Source: an uncultured Planctomycetaceae bacterium
GTDB lineage: Bacteria > Planctomycetota > Planctomycetia > Planctomycetales > Planctomycetaceae
DNA length: 64,000 nt
Reading direction: 5' to 3'
NCBI GenBank assembly: GCA_963815195.1
Contig: CAWFGE010000008.1
Span: 288,001-352,000, forward strand
The number at the start of each line of letters is the position of its first letter. The first letter of the stretch is position 1. Below the pieces are notes generated by a model. The model was given only the letters and a program-made list of their open reading frames with translations. It was not told where the DNA came from and ran no database searches. A program made the translations under genes and the position numbers. Positions 48,029-59,041 of this stretch are shown here, piece after piece.

Positions 48029-49156
48029 ATGGATGCCCTGCAGTACGCCCAGGACCTGGTTGCTTTCAAATCGCCGAGCGCTCTGTCCAACGTCGCGGTC
48101 AGCGATTTTGTCCAAGAGGCCTTGAAGAAACTGGCCTTCGACACCGAACGGCTGGAATACAATGATGCGAACGGGGTTCGCAAATGCAGCATCATCGGCA
48201 AAAAAGGCGAAGGCCGCGGCGGGCTGGCGTACTTCGGCCACACCGACGTCGTCCCGGCCGACAATTGGTTCAGCGACGAGCACGGCCCGTTCACGCCCAC
48301 CGTCAAAGACGACCGGCTCTACGGCCGGGGAAGTTGCGACATGAAAGGATCCGTGGCCACGATGCTCGCGGCGGCGTCAAGGTTCTCGGCTTCGGAACTG
48401 AAGCACCCCATCTACATCACCTGCACGGCGGATGAGGAAGTCGGTTACGTCGGGGCGAAAGACGTGGCCTCCCGCTCGGTGCTGTTTCGCGAAATGGTCG
48501 ACGGCCACAGCAAGGGCATCATCGGCGAACCGACCCGCCTCGAAGTCGTACACGCCCACAAGGGGACTTACGGATTAAAAGTCACGAGCCGCGGCCGGGC
48601 CGCCCATTCCAGCACGCGGGAAGGCCTCAATGCGAACCTGGCGATGATTCCCTTCCTCGCCGAAATGAAAGCCATCCACGATCAAACCGATTTCGACCCC
48701 AAATGGCACAATCCGGAATTCGATCCGCCCACGCTGAGTTGGAACATCGGCATCAACGACCACACCAAGGCCGTCAACATCACCGCCCCCTTGAGCATCT
48801 GCACGGTGTATTTCCGCCCGATGCCCGGCATGGACGTCGGCGAACTGATGGACCGCACCGCGCCAAGGCCGAGGAATGCGGCCTGGAATTCGAAAGCCAC
48901 TGTGGAAACGCCGCCCTTGTATGTCGATCCACAATCCGAATTTATCCGCGACGTGCTGCAACTCGCGGGACGGGAAATATCCTCCACCGTGTCCTACGGC
49001 ACCGACGGCGGCAGCTTTCTGGCGATGAAAAACCTCGTCGTCTTCGGCCCCGGCGACATCGCCCAGGCCCATACCAACGATGAATGGATCTCCCTCGATC
49101 AACTCGAACGCGGCACCGACATGTACGCCCGTGCCATCCGCCGCTGGTGCTGCTGA
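48029..49156 (+). CDS. argE: M20 metallopeptidase, acetylornithine deacetylase-like
   Basis: GHTDVVP, LYGRGSCDMKG, ADEEVG, IIGEPT, AHKG, GRAAHSS, YGTDG, GPGDIAQAHT; a short compensated frameshift ~48860-48900. Confidence 0.78.
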   Translation: MDALQYAQDLVAFKSPSALSNVAVSDFVQEALKKLAFDTERLEYNDANGVRKCSIIGKKGEGRGGLAYFGHTDVVPADNWFSDEHGPFTPTVKDDRLYGRGSCDMKGSVATMLAAASRFSASELKHPIYITCTADEEVGYVGAKDVASRSVLFREMVDGHSKGIIGEPTRLEVVHAHKGTYGLKVTSRGRAAHSSTREGLNANLAMIPFLAEMKAIHDQTDFDPKWHNPEFDPPTLSWNIGINDHTKAVNITAPLSICTVYFRPMPGMDVGELMDRTAPRPRNAAWNSKATVETPPLYVDPQSEFIRDVLQLAGREISSTVSYGTDGGSFLAMKNLVVFGPGDIAQAHTNDEWISLDQLERGTDMYARAIRRWCC

Positions 49157-49159
49157 CCC

Positions 49160-49457
49160 AGTGAGCGGAACGGCGCTAGCCGCCGGCCGTTTGTAGGTTG
49201 CATTCCGCCAGCCGGCGGCTAGCGCTGAGGGTGCCTGGGGCGCAAAGCGATGGATCAAGCCAAAAACGCGTTCCGAAAGCTGGGGCCGTGGGAGTTTTTT
49301 CGCACGCGCCCGTCGCCCCAGTATTCGCTTGCCTCACTTTAATTCCTAGAGGAATCTGCACCCAGGCACCCCAACCGCTTACCGCTTGAGTTTTTATAAG
49401 CCATTTCGGGGTGGCGGTACGGCTCCCTTGACCGGCGGCTAACGCCCAGCCGCTCAC
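49160..49457. repeat. REP-like cluster (related sequence at 26668-26720)
   Basis: GCGCTAGCCGCCGG and its inverted copy at 49175-49226; CCGGCGGCTAACGCCCAGCCGCTCAC at ~49432. Confidence 0.6.
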
Positions 49458-49550
49458 GAGACTTCCAAAGTGGAACGCATCCACGGCGTCTGTTATGGTG
49501 GGGTGAACTCGAAATCTCCCTTGCCCCACCAAACCACGATGGACGACCGA

Positions 49551-51208
49551 ATGGCGTTTCCTACAGGCATCAATTTTTCCGTTCGATTGCTTGGGTTCAT
49601 CGCGTTGACGTTGTTTATGGGCGGCTGCGGGCCATCGGAAGAATCCGCCAGTAAAAGCCCGCCGGCGAAAAGCGTGAGCACCGGCGACGCAAAAGAACCC
49701 ACCGGCCGCGAAAAACCCGCGGCAAAAAAACCCGATCCCGGGCAGGTGTGGAAGGATTTGATCGCCCGAGCCGGCACGCAGCTTGAGGCCGGCGACCTCG
49801 AAGCCGCCGGGAAAACTTTGGAAGCGATCGGAAAGGTTTATGCCGATCCCGACGAACCCGCGGCGGAACAACAGGCCGCGCTCGACGAACTCAAAACCCG
49901 CTTCGCGGAAAAGAAAGAACAGTCGATCGCGAAACAGCGGGAAGAGAACTTGGCCGAGGCGGAGCGGCTGATGAACGTGGGCAAGTTGACCGAAGCCGCG
50001 CAAAAGGTGAACGATGTGATCGCGGCCGCGCCCACTTCGGAACAACGGGAAAAGACGCGGGCGATTCTCGCGGAGATCGCGAGCCGGCGAAAGGCCCGCC
50101 GCGACCTGCGGACGTGGGTGCAGCTTTTGGAGCGCGAGGACCGCGGGAACATCGCCACCGCGCATTCCAATTTGCTCCGGCAGCCCGACGTCGCGCTCGG
50201 GATGATGATCGAGGCGTCGGAAAACCTCGAGAAGCCGATTCTCGCCGCGAACTCGCTGGAAGTCCTGCGAATGCTGGGCCGGCCGAAGGAAGCGATTCCT
50301 GCGATGATCGCGGTTCTCAAGCGGCCCGAACAGAAGGACATCTGGCCCGCCGCGGTCCGCGAACTTGGACTCACAAACCAATCCGGTGCGGGGGAGCCGT
50401 TGTTGGAATTGGCTCTCTCGGCAGATGATCTGGACCAGCGAATCGCAGCCCTGGATGCGCTCTCGGAGGTTGTGGACATTCCCAACTCCACGTTCGCCCG
50501 GTTGTTGCCCATGCTGCGGGCCGACGGGCCGGAACTGGCGGCGGCACTCCGGGCGGCCTATCAAGCGGTCCGGCAGCACAACCAATACGACTTCGCTGCC
50601 CGGCGGGGGTTCGATGAGGAACTCACCAGCGAACAGGCCGACCTGTTGTCCCGTTTGCCGGAACGGCTCAAGCAACTCGTGGAACGGCCGGCGGACGATG
50701 CGATGGACGCCGAGGTCGTTCACGGGGCGAAGGTGCTGGCGATGGCGACGCACCTGGTCGCGCCCAACCGCTCGAGAAAGTCGCCGTCTTAAGGGCCGAG
50801 GCGGAAGAGCCCAACAGTCCCGCGAAGGCGGTGTTGGACGGCGTGTGGAATTCGACCGATCCCGCGACGATGTGGCGGCATCCCGCGGCCCGGCGGAGCA
50901 CGATCACGCTCGACTTGGGCGAGACGAAAACGGTCGCCGGGGTCCGCCTGTGGAATTTCAACGAGCCCGGCGGCACGCACCGCGGCTGGAAAGAGGTCGA
51001 GGTTTTCGTCAGCGATTCGCCCACGGCGTTGACGCCCGCGGCTTCCGGTATCGTCCCCAAAGCCCCCGGTGCCGCCGACACGCCGGATTATGGAACCGTC
51101 ATCCCCACGCCCTTCGTCCGCGGCAGGTATGTGCGCCTCTTCGCGAAATCCCTGTGGAACCCCGACAACGACACCGGCCTCAGTGAAATCCAAGTGCTGG
51201 GGTTTTGA
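49551..51208 (+). CDS. Lipoprotein with HEAT-like repeats and C-terminal discoidin (F5/8-like) domain (frameshifted ~50765-50790)
   Basis: Lipobox MGGC; helical repeats; last ORF ITLDLGETKTVAGVRLWNFNE...GRYVRL...TGLSEIQV. Confidence 0.7.
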
Positions 51209-51220
51209 TTTCACACGACG

Positions 51221-54080
51221 ATGATAACTCACAATAAAAACCACCGTTGGAGCGGTCTGATGCCAACGCGTATTGTTTCGACAATTCTTCCCGCCCTTGG
51301 GTTCTTGGCTGTGCAGTTTTCCCACGGCTTGATTCAAGCCCAACAGCCGCCGGCTCAGGTGCGGTTTTTGGAAGGGCATCAAGCACCGGCCCGCACGGTG
51401 GCGTATTCGCCGGATGGAAAAAGCATTCTCTCGGGCAGCGCCGACGGCAGCGTACGCATCTGGGACAAAGCCAACGGCGGGTTGATTCGCACGATCCAAA
51501 ACCACTCCGGGCCGGTGCTCGGTTTGGCGATTTCCCCGGACGGCACGCAGTTCGCCGCCGCCGGTTTGGATCGGAAGATTTCCATCACCGATTTGCCCGC
51601 GATGCACCCGCTGGCGAGCCTCGGGAACACGCCGGGCAAACCCTCGGCTCTCGCGGTGTCGTCCGACGGTAAGCTCGCGCTCACGGGCGACGGCAACAAT
51701 GTCGTCCGCTTATGGAACACCGAAACCAAAACCGTGCTCCGCGACTTCGGCGGCTCGACGAAACCCATCACCGGCGTCGCGCTCTTCCCCGAAGCCAAGC
51801 AGGTCGTGGGAGCATCGCGGGATGGGAACCTGCGGGTGTGGAATCTCGACAACGGCCAGCCGATCGCCGCGATTCATGCCACGCCGCTCAATGCCTTCGC
51901 CGTCCATCCGGATGGAAACATGGATCGCAGGAGCGGGGCAGGACGGGCTGTTGCGGTTGATCGCCTGGCCGCCGATTCCGGTCCAATCTCTGCCGGGGCA
52001 TGGCGATCAAGTCTCGGCGGTGGACTTGTCCAAGGATGGAAAACTGATCGGCAGCGGCGGGCTGGACGGGCGGGTGCTGCTGTTTCATGCCGAGGATGGA
52101 AAACAGCTTCGTGCGCTTGCCGGTCAGGACGGGCAGGTGACGGCGTTGGCTCTGAATGAGGATGCGTCCCTGATCGCCGCCGGCAGCCACAAGGGCGGGC
52201 TGAAAATCTGGAAAACCGCCGACGGCCGCGAACAGATCACGTTGGAAGGACACACGGGAGCCATCCACGGCGTGGCGTTTCATCCGAAACAGACGCAAGT
52301 CGCCACCGCCGGTGCCGACGGCACGCTGCAAATCTGGTCGCTGTCTCCGAAAGCCGACGACGATGCGGTTTCCAAAGAACCGCTGGTGCTCAGCAGGTTA
52401 ATGCAGATCAAAGCCCATCAAGGCGGCGTGACGGGCGTGGTCTTCTCGCCGGACGGCCGGTTTCTTTTCAGCAGCGGTGCGGACAAACTCGTTCGCCAAT
52501 GGGACGCCGCGAGCGGGCAGGAAGTCGGCACCTTCACCGGCAGCAGCAATCAACTGACCGACCTTGCGATCAGCGGCGACGGCAAAAAACTCATCGCGGG
52601 CGGGGCCGATGCGAAGGTTTATGTCTGGAATGTTCCCCCCAATCCCACACCGAACAAACCGGCTGAAACGAAACCTCTCGCCACTTTTGCGCACACCGCG
52701 GCGGTTCGCAGCGTTGCGGTGAGCGGCGACGGGGCGATCATCGCCGCGGGCGGGGACGATCGGCTGATTCGATTCTGGGACGCCGCGACCGGACAGGAAC
52801 GCGAAGAGTTCGCCGGGCACACGTCCACGGTGCGGGCGATCGCCCTGTCCGCCGACGGCCGGATTTTGATCTCCGGCAGTGCAGATCACACGCTCCGGCG
52901 TTGGCAGCCCGCGGTCGCCGCGATCACGGAAGCCCATCCCGGCGAGGGCGGAGTTTTGGACGTGGCGTTTTCCGCGGACGGAAACCACATTTTCACCGCC
53001 GGTGCGGACAAATCCGCGAAAGAGTGGCAGACGGCGGATCTCAAACCGGTGCGAACTTTCGCGGGGGCCGCGGGACCGCTGCGGACTCTCGCGGCGAGCG
53101 ACGATGGCAAACTCCTCGCGGCCGGCGGCGATGATGGGGACGTCACTCTCTGGACAATCGCCGACGGCAAACCCGCGGGGACGGTCAAACTGCCCGCGGC
53201 GGTTGTTTCGATCCTCCTCGCCGATCAGGGCCGGAAACTCGTCGTGGCGGCGGCCGATCAAACGATCCGCAACTTCGGCGTGCAAAACACCAACGGCGAG
53301 ACCCAAATCAAGTTGACCAATGAATTCCTCGGCCACACCGCCCAAATCGCAAAATTGGCCCTGGCGGCGGACGGGCACACGCTCTTGAGCACCGCCGCCG
53401 ATCAGACGGTCAAGAAGTGGTACGCCGCGTCCCCGCAGCCCCGGCAAATTTTAATGGGGCACAGCGGCATCATTTATGACCTGGCTTACAAGGCCGACGG
53501 TTCGCTTCTGGCGAGTGCCGGGGGCGACGGCTCGGTCCGCATCTGGAATCCTCAATCTGGCGAGCAAGTCGCCCAATGCCAAGGGCACGAATCGCAGGTG
53601 CATGCCGTCGCGTTTCATCCGACGGCACAACAACTCGCCAGCGGCGGCCGCGATGGAATCGTTCGCTTGTGGAACCCCAAAACCGGCGAAGAAACCAGCC
53701 CGCGGACCGCGGCACCGATCGGCAGCATCGATTCGCTGGCCTATTCCAAGAACGGAAAACTTCTCACCGCCGCCGGCGCGGACAAAACCTGGCGGTCGAT
53801 TCCCGAAGAGAAGCCGACGGAGAACACGATCGTCGGTTTGGGTCATAACGACACCATCCAGGCCGTCCGCTATAACGCCGCGGGCACGCGGATGGCCAGC
53901 GTGGATTTTTCCGGCCAGCTCATCATCTGGAACCCCGCGAACGGCGACATCCTGTTCCACCAGCAATTGCCTGTGCACACGGCGTATTCGCACGCGTATT
54001 CCCCCGACGGCACCGAACTCGCGGTGGCGACGAACGATCCCCGCGTGCTCCGCGTTTTGATTCCACAATCCGCGCGTTAA
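51221..54080 (+). CDS. Secreted WD40-repeat protein (frameshift ~51915)
   Basis: Many GH...VAYSPDG...SGSADGSVRIWD repeats across ORFs 51221-52159 and 51699-54080. Confidence 0.9.
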
Positions 54081-54085
54081 CGGCC

Positions 54086-54865
54086 ATGTCTCAAACTTCG
54101 CGCCCAGCCGAGGAAGTCCCCATCGACCGCATCGCCCCCACGCGGCGGCCGGCCGGACGCTGCCGGGGCTATCAAAACTGGCGGTCGCTATTGTTCATGC
54201 ACTGGCCGGTTCCGGTGCAGACGATGCGGAGTCTGGTGCCTTCGGAATTGGAATTGGACTTGTACAAAGGCGAAGCCTATGTGGGCGCGGTGCCGTTCGC
54301 GATGGAAGGCGTTCGCCCGCGTTGGTGGCCGAAGCGGCTGGCCTTCAACTTTTTGGAAACCAACGTGCGGACTTATGTGTCATATAGGGGCCGCCCGGGA
54401 GTTTATTTTTTCTCGCTGGAAGCGGCATCCGGGTTAGCCGTGCGGGCGGCCCGCAAGTTGTGGAGCCTGCCTTATTATCATGCCCAGATGAGCCTCGAAA
54501 CCAAGGGCGACGAAGTCCGGTATCAATCCCGCCGTTACCGGGGGAACGTACAGCACAAAGTCCGCTACCGCGTGGGTGAAAAGCTCGGCCTCTCGGAGCC
54601 GGGGACCATCGAGTTTTTTTTGCTCGAGCGTTATCTGCTCTTCGCCCCGCGAAAGGGGCACATCTACGCCGGCCAGGTGCATCACACACCCTATCCCGCG
54701 CAAAGGGCGGAGGTGTTGGAGTTGGAAGATGATCTGCTCGAAGCCGCGGGGTTTGGGGTCTGTCCCGGGCTTCCGACGTTGACGCATTACGTCGCGGGAG
54801 TGGATGTGGAGATTTTCGATCTGAAACGGCTCGCTCCCGCGTGCTCGCCGGGTGAATCGCCATGA
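54086..54865 (+). CDS. DUF2071 / YqjF family protein
   Basis: QNWRSLLFMHWPV, FLETNVRTYV, PGVYFFSLEA, LPYYHA, FLLERY, VHHTPYP. Confidence 0.9.
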   Translation: MSQTSRPAEEVPIDRIAPTRRPAGRCRGYQNWRSLLFMHWPVPVQTMRSLVPSELELDLYKGEAYVGAVPFAMEGVRPRWWPKRLAFNFLETNVRTYVSYRGRPGVYFFSLEAASGLAVRAARKLWSLPYYHAQMSLETKGDEVRYQSRRYRGNVQHKVRYRVGEKLGLSEPGTIEFFLLERYLLFAPRKGHIYAGQVHHTPYPAQRAEVLELEDDLLEAAGFGVCPGLPTLTHYVAGVDVEIFDLKRLAPACSPGESP

Positions 54866-55860
54866 GCGATTTTCTGGATGCGCTGCGGGCCGGGCTCGAT
54901 GCGTTTGATCTCAAAGGCCGGCGGGTGCTGGCGGCAGTTTCGGGCGGGGCCGACAGCGTGGCTTTGTTGTGCGGCCTTGCGGAACTCTGCGCCGAGCTTT
55001 CCCTCGAACTCGGCGCGGCGCATTTGGATCATCGCTTGCGGGGAGAAGAGTCGGCCGCGGATGCTGTTTGGGTCGGGGAACTTTGCGATCGATTCAAGAT
55101 TCCCTGCGTCATCGAATCGCGGGATGTCAGGTCCCTCCACGCGGAAACCAAGCAGACGCTGGAAGAATCCGCCCGCCAGGCGAGATACGATTTCTTGAAG
55201 CGGACCGCCATCGCCCAAGGCTCGACTGCAATCGCCCTCGGACACACCGCGGACGACCAGGCCGAGACGGTGCTGCATCACATCCTCCGGGGCACCGGCC
55301 TCGCGGGACTCCGGGGCATTCCCCGCGAGCGAGAAATTTCCGCCGGCCTGCGGTTGATCCGCCCGCTACTTAACATCCGCCGGTCCGAGATCGAAGGCTG
55401 GCTCGCGGAGCGCGGGCAGGATTACCGCACCGATGCCAGCAACATCGATCCCACCTTCACCCGTAATCGGCTAAGGCATCAACTGCTGCCTCTTCTGGAA
55501 AAAGACTTTAATCCGCAAGTTATCCCGGCGCTATTACGGCTCCGCGAGCAAGCCGCAGAGATGGAGGACGTGCTCGATCAGTTCGCGGAAGAAGAACTCC
55601 GGCAGGCGGTCATCGAGCGATCGCCGCACCGCTGCCGGCTCCGCTGCGAATCCCTCGCCGCCCGCCCGCCCGCGTTCCGCCGAGTGTGTTTTACCCTTCT
55701 TTGGCGAGAGCAAAACTGGCCCCGCGGGCGGATGACCTTCGCCCACTGGAACCGCCTCGCCGACCTCGTCGCCCAAAACCGCGGAGCCCTCAGCCTCCCG
55801 GGCGGCCTCACCGCCCGCCGCCGCAAGGACGGCCTCACTGTGGAATGGCAAGCCGAATGA
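54862..55860 (+). CDS. tilS: tRNA(Ile)-lysidine synthetase
   Basis: PP-loop AVSGGADS, HLDHRLRG, ARQARY, GHTADDQAETVL, IRPLL, DASN, RNRLRH. Confidence 0.95.
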   Translation: MSDFLDALRAGLDAFDLKGRRVLAAVSGGADSVALLCGLAELCAELSLELGAAHLDHRLRGEESAADAVWVGELCDRFKIPCVIESRDVRSLHAETKQTLEESARQARYDFLKRTAIAQGSTAIALGHTADDQAETVLHHILRGTGLAGLRGIPREREISAGLRLIRPLLNIRRSEIEGWLAERGQDYRTDASNIDPTFTRNRLRHQLLPLLEKDFNPQVIPALLRLREQAAEMEDVLDQFAEEELRQAVIERSPHRCRLRCESLAARPPAFRRVCFTLLWREQNWPRGRMTFAHWNRLADLVAQNRGALSLPGGLTARRRKDGLTVEWQAE

Positions 55861-55977
55861 CTGATTTCGCCATCAAAAACCTCTCGGCTCGCACCTGAGA
55901 TTGATTCAACCCCTGATGCAAGCCATAATTCCTTTGCAGACGTCTTTTGGCCGCAATTCCAACTTGGAACCATTCAC

Positions 55978-57105
55978 ATGTACCGGGAAATCTCTATCAC
56001 CAACTTTCGCGGATTTCCAAAGTTCCGCATGCACGACTTGGGGAGAGTCAACCTGCTTGTGGGAACAAACAACAGTGGGAAGTCAACGCTTCTTGAGGCA
56101 ATTGAACTGCTTTCGTCGTTTGGTAATCCACGATCCCTTTGGGCCGTTACATCCCGTCGCGGAGAACAAATCTGGTACGATGATAGACGACGAAAGAGAG
56201 AAGGAGCAGTAGCGCATTTGTTTCATGGCCATGAGATCGAACTAGGAAGTGAATTCAGCGTCAGAGGAAACCATCACGACTTCGTAATAGACACCTTCGT
56301 GTCGAAAATTGGCGAAAAACACGGAGCACAAAAACAACTAACCCTCTTTTCGTCACCATCGCCATCTCCCTCCCTTGAGTTTAGCGAGGAGTACATAGGC
56401 CCCTATTCTTTGATAATGGAATGGAAGTTTGAAAATCGAGGAAATAGTGCATTCCGCTCCGCCTTAACAGCCAGGGGAGGGCTTCCTTTTGATGACGTGA
56501 TCGCATTCCATCGAACTGGCAACAGCAATCCGCCTGTGCGATACATCACCACGTCGTCGATGTCCGTCGAACAAGTCGCGAGACTCTTTGATGACATCGT
56601 TTTAACAAATGAGGAAGCTGTCCTTATTGATGCGCTAAAAACCATCGAACCGTCGATTGAACGAATCGCCAGTTTAGGCAGCGAATCGCGGCGATCCTCG
56701 TCCAGCCGCGGCAATATCGTCTTAAAGTGCAAGGGCATCGATCAGCGAATCCCGATTGGCACGATGGGCGACGGCATCTGGAGGATGCTAGGCATTGCGA
56801 TTGCCTTGGTCACGGCGGAGAATGGGTTTCTTCTAGTGGATGAAATCGACACGGGGCTTCATTACTCCGTGATGGCGGACATGTGGCGGCTCGTTGAGCG
56901 AACGGCCGCACGGTTGAACGTGCAGGTTTTTGCGACGACGCATAGTCGCGATTGTTACGAAAGCCTTGCGACAATTGCCCGTGAATCCGTCACGGAAGAT
57001 AGCCAAGTTACGATACAAAGAATCGAGAGAGACAAATGCGAGACCGTTGCGTTCAACGAGCGTGACATTGTCATTGCCGCCGAACGTGGACTTGAGGTGC
57101 GTTAA
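55978..57105 (+). CDS. ABC/AAA_21-type ATPase
   Basis: ITNFRG, Walker A GTNNSGKS, signature MGDG, Walker B LLVDEIDTGLH, H-loop ATTHS; AT-rich DNA. Confidence 0.9.
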   Translation: MYREISITNFRGFPKFRMHDLGRVNLLVGTNNSGKSTLLEAIELLSSFGNPRSLWAVTSRRGEQIWYDDRRRKREGAVAHLFHGHEIELGSEFSVRGNHHDFVIDTFVSKIGEKHGAQKQLTLFSSPSPSPSLEFSEEYIGPYSLIMEWKFENRGNSAFRSALTARGGLPFDDVIAFHRTGNSNPPVRYITTSSMSVEQVARLFDDIVLTNEEAVLIDALKTIEPSIERIASLGSESRRSSSSRGNIVLKCKGIDQRIPIGTMGDGIWRMLGIAIALVTAENGFLLVDEIDTGLHYSVMADMWRLVERTAARLNVQVFATTHSRDCYESLATIARESVTEDSQVTIQRIERDKCETVAFNERDIVIAAERGLEVR

Positions 57106-57107
57106 TA

Positions 57108-57762
57108 ATGCCGAATCGCTCTCATGAGAAAAAACTATTGGTTGAGGGAAGAGAAGATAAGCGGTTGATTCCTCAACTCATTGAGGCCAATGGAATTCCG
57201 TGGGGAGAAACGGAAGCGGACTGGATTGTTGCAATCGAGGAATATAATGGCGTAGAAGAGATTCTCAAACCCGGCGTGATCGAAGTGGAACTTAAAGCCT
57301 CGGGGTTACGAATACTTGGGATTTTACTGGATGCCAATGAGAGTCTGTGGTGCCCGATGGGCTGCGCTGCGAAACCAATGTTTGCCACAATTCCCAACTT
57401 TGCCCTTGGATCTCCCCAAGGAAGGCGTCATTACGCAGAATCAGGTTGGCAAACGCTTCGGGGCCTGGCTATTTCCCGATAATGAATCCAAAGGCATGAT
57501 GGAAACATTTCTTTCCTATCTTGTTCCAGACGGTCAAAGCAGTGTTTGGGATTATGCCGAGCAAGCGGCCTTGGAAGCGAAGAATCAAGGCGCCATTTAC
57601 AAGGATGCTCACTTGGATAAAGCCAATATCTACACCTGGCTGGCCTGGTGTGATCCTCCCGGTCGCCAGCTTCACGATGCCGTGATTCAGAAAATCTTTG
57701 AACCGGCATCACCTTGGGCCGTCCCGTTTATTACATGGTTCAAAACTCTTTACGAATTATAG
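57108..57762 (+). CDS. DUF3226-like (TOPRIM-type) protein (frameshift ~57345)
   Basis: LLVEGREDK, GILLDAN; next frame WLFPDNESKGMMETFL, DKANIYTWLAWCDPPG. Confidence 0.78.
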
Positions 57763-57772
57763 ATTGGTTAAT

Positions 57773-58972
57773 ATGCAACAACTTACGAATAACCAAATCG
57801 ATCGGCGGCGGTTTTTGCGGGTCTCGGCATCGGCGGGGCTGTTGGCGGCCGGGGGGCGGTTTGTTTTTCCCGGCGGTTTGAACGCTCAGGATGCGGGGCA
57901 TCCGGGCCTCGAGGTGTTGACCGAATCGCCCTTGAATGCGGAGCCGGCTTTGACGGATCTCATTGAGGATTGGATGACGCCGATCAAGTCTTTTTACGTG
58001 CGGAGCCACGCCCCAAATCCGAAGGTCGATCTCGCGAACTATCGGCTGAAAGTCGAAGGACTCGTCGAAAAGCCTTTGAATCTTTCGCTCGCGGAATTGA
58101 AGGAGCGGTTCGCTAAGCAGTCGGTCATCGCCACGATGACCTGCGCCGGGAATCGGCGGGCGGAGTATAACGAAATCCAAAAGGTCGGCGGCGTGCAGTG
58201 GGGGCCGGGGGCGGTCGGCAATGCCCGCTGGGGCGGCGTGAAATTGTCGGACGTCCTCAAAGCCGCGGGCCTCAAGGAAGACGCGAAGCACGTCTGGTTC
58301 GAGGGGCTCGATGAAGTTCCCCACGGCGGCGGGACGATTCCGTTCGGCGGTTCGATTCCCGTGACCAAAGCCCTCGCCGACGCCGAAGACATGCCGGGGG
58401 CGATGTTGTCCTTCGAAATGAACGAGGCCCCGTTGACCGTCGATCACGGTTACCCGCTGCGGTCGGTGGTGCCGGGATATATCGGAGCCCGCAGCGTGAA
58501 GTGGCTGGGCAAGATCACCGTCAGCAATCGCCCTTCGCCCAACCACTATGTGGCGGATGCCTATAAGCTCGTCATCGAAGACTCGCCGCTCGCCTGGGAT
58601 GAAGCGGGCGTGATTTATAACTATCTCATCAATTCGGTGATCGCCGAGCCGCGGCCGAACGCCAAACTCTCCACCGGCACCACGAAGGTCAAAGGCTACG
58701 CCCTGCCGACGGGCGACGGCAGCCTCGTTACGAAGGTGGAAGTCTCCGCCAACAACGGCCGCTCGTGGACGGCCGCGAAGCTCCTTACAAAAGCGGAGCC
58801 CTATTGCTGGGTGCTTTGGGAAGCGAGCGTCCCCGTCACCCCCGCCACGAAGCAGTTGGTGGTCAAAGCCGACGACTCCAAAGGCAACACCCAACCGCAA
58901 ATCGTGCCTTGGAACATCAAAGGCTATATGAACAATTCCTGGCACGACCTCAAAGTGAACGTGGAGAGTTGA
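57773..58972 (+). CDS. Tat-exported sulfite oxidase-family molybdoenzyme
   Basis: DRRRFL Tat motif; FYVRSH, CAGNRR, GNARWGGV, DHGYPLR, GARSVKWL, WNIKGYMNN. Confidence 0.92.
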   Translation: MQQLTNNQIDRRRFLRVSASAGLLAAGGRFVFPGGLNAQDAGHPGLEVLTESPLNAEPALTDLIEDWMTPIKSFYVRSHAPNPKVDLANYRLKVEGLVEKPLNLSLAELKERFAKQSVIATMTCAGNRRAEYNEIQKVGGVQWGPGAVGNARWGGVKLSDVLKAAGLKEDAKHVWFEGLDEVPHGGGTIPFGGSIPVTKALADAEDMPGAMLSFEMNEAPLTVDHGYPLRSVVPGYIGARSVKWLGKITVSNRPSPNHYVADAYKLVIEDSPLAWDEAGVIYNYLINSVIAEPRPNAKLSTGTTKVKGYALPTGDGSLVTKVEVSANNGRSWTAAKLLTKAEPYCWVLWEASVPVTPATKQLVVKADDSKGNTQPQIVPWNIKGYMNNSWHDLKVNVES

Positions 58973-59041
58973 GCAGGATCCCGCACCTCTGCGTTTTCGC
59001 ACTTCGACTTTCATTCTTCGACACGATCCGAAAGGCCCGCG

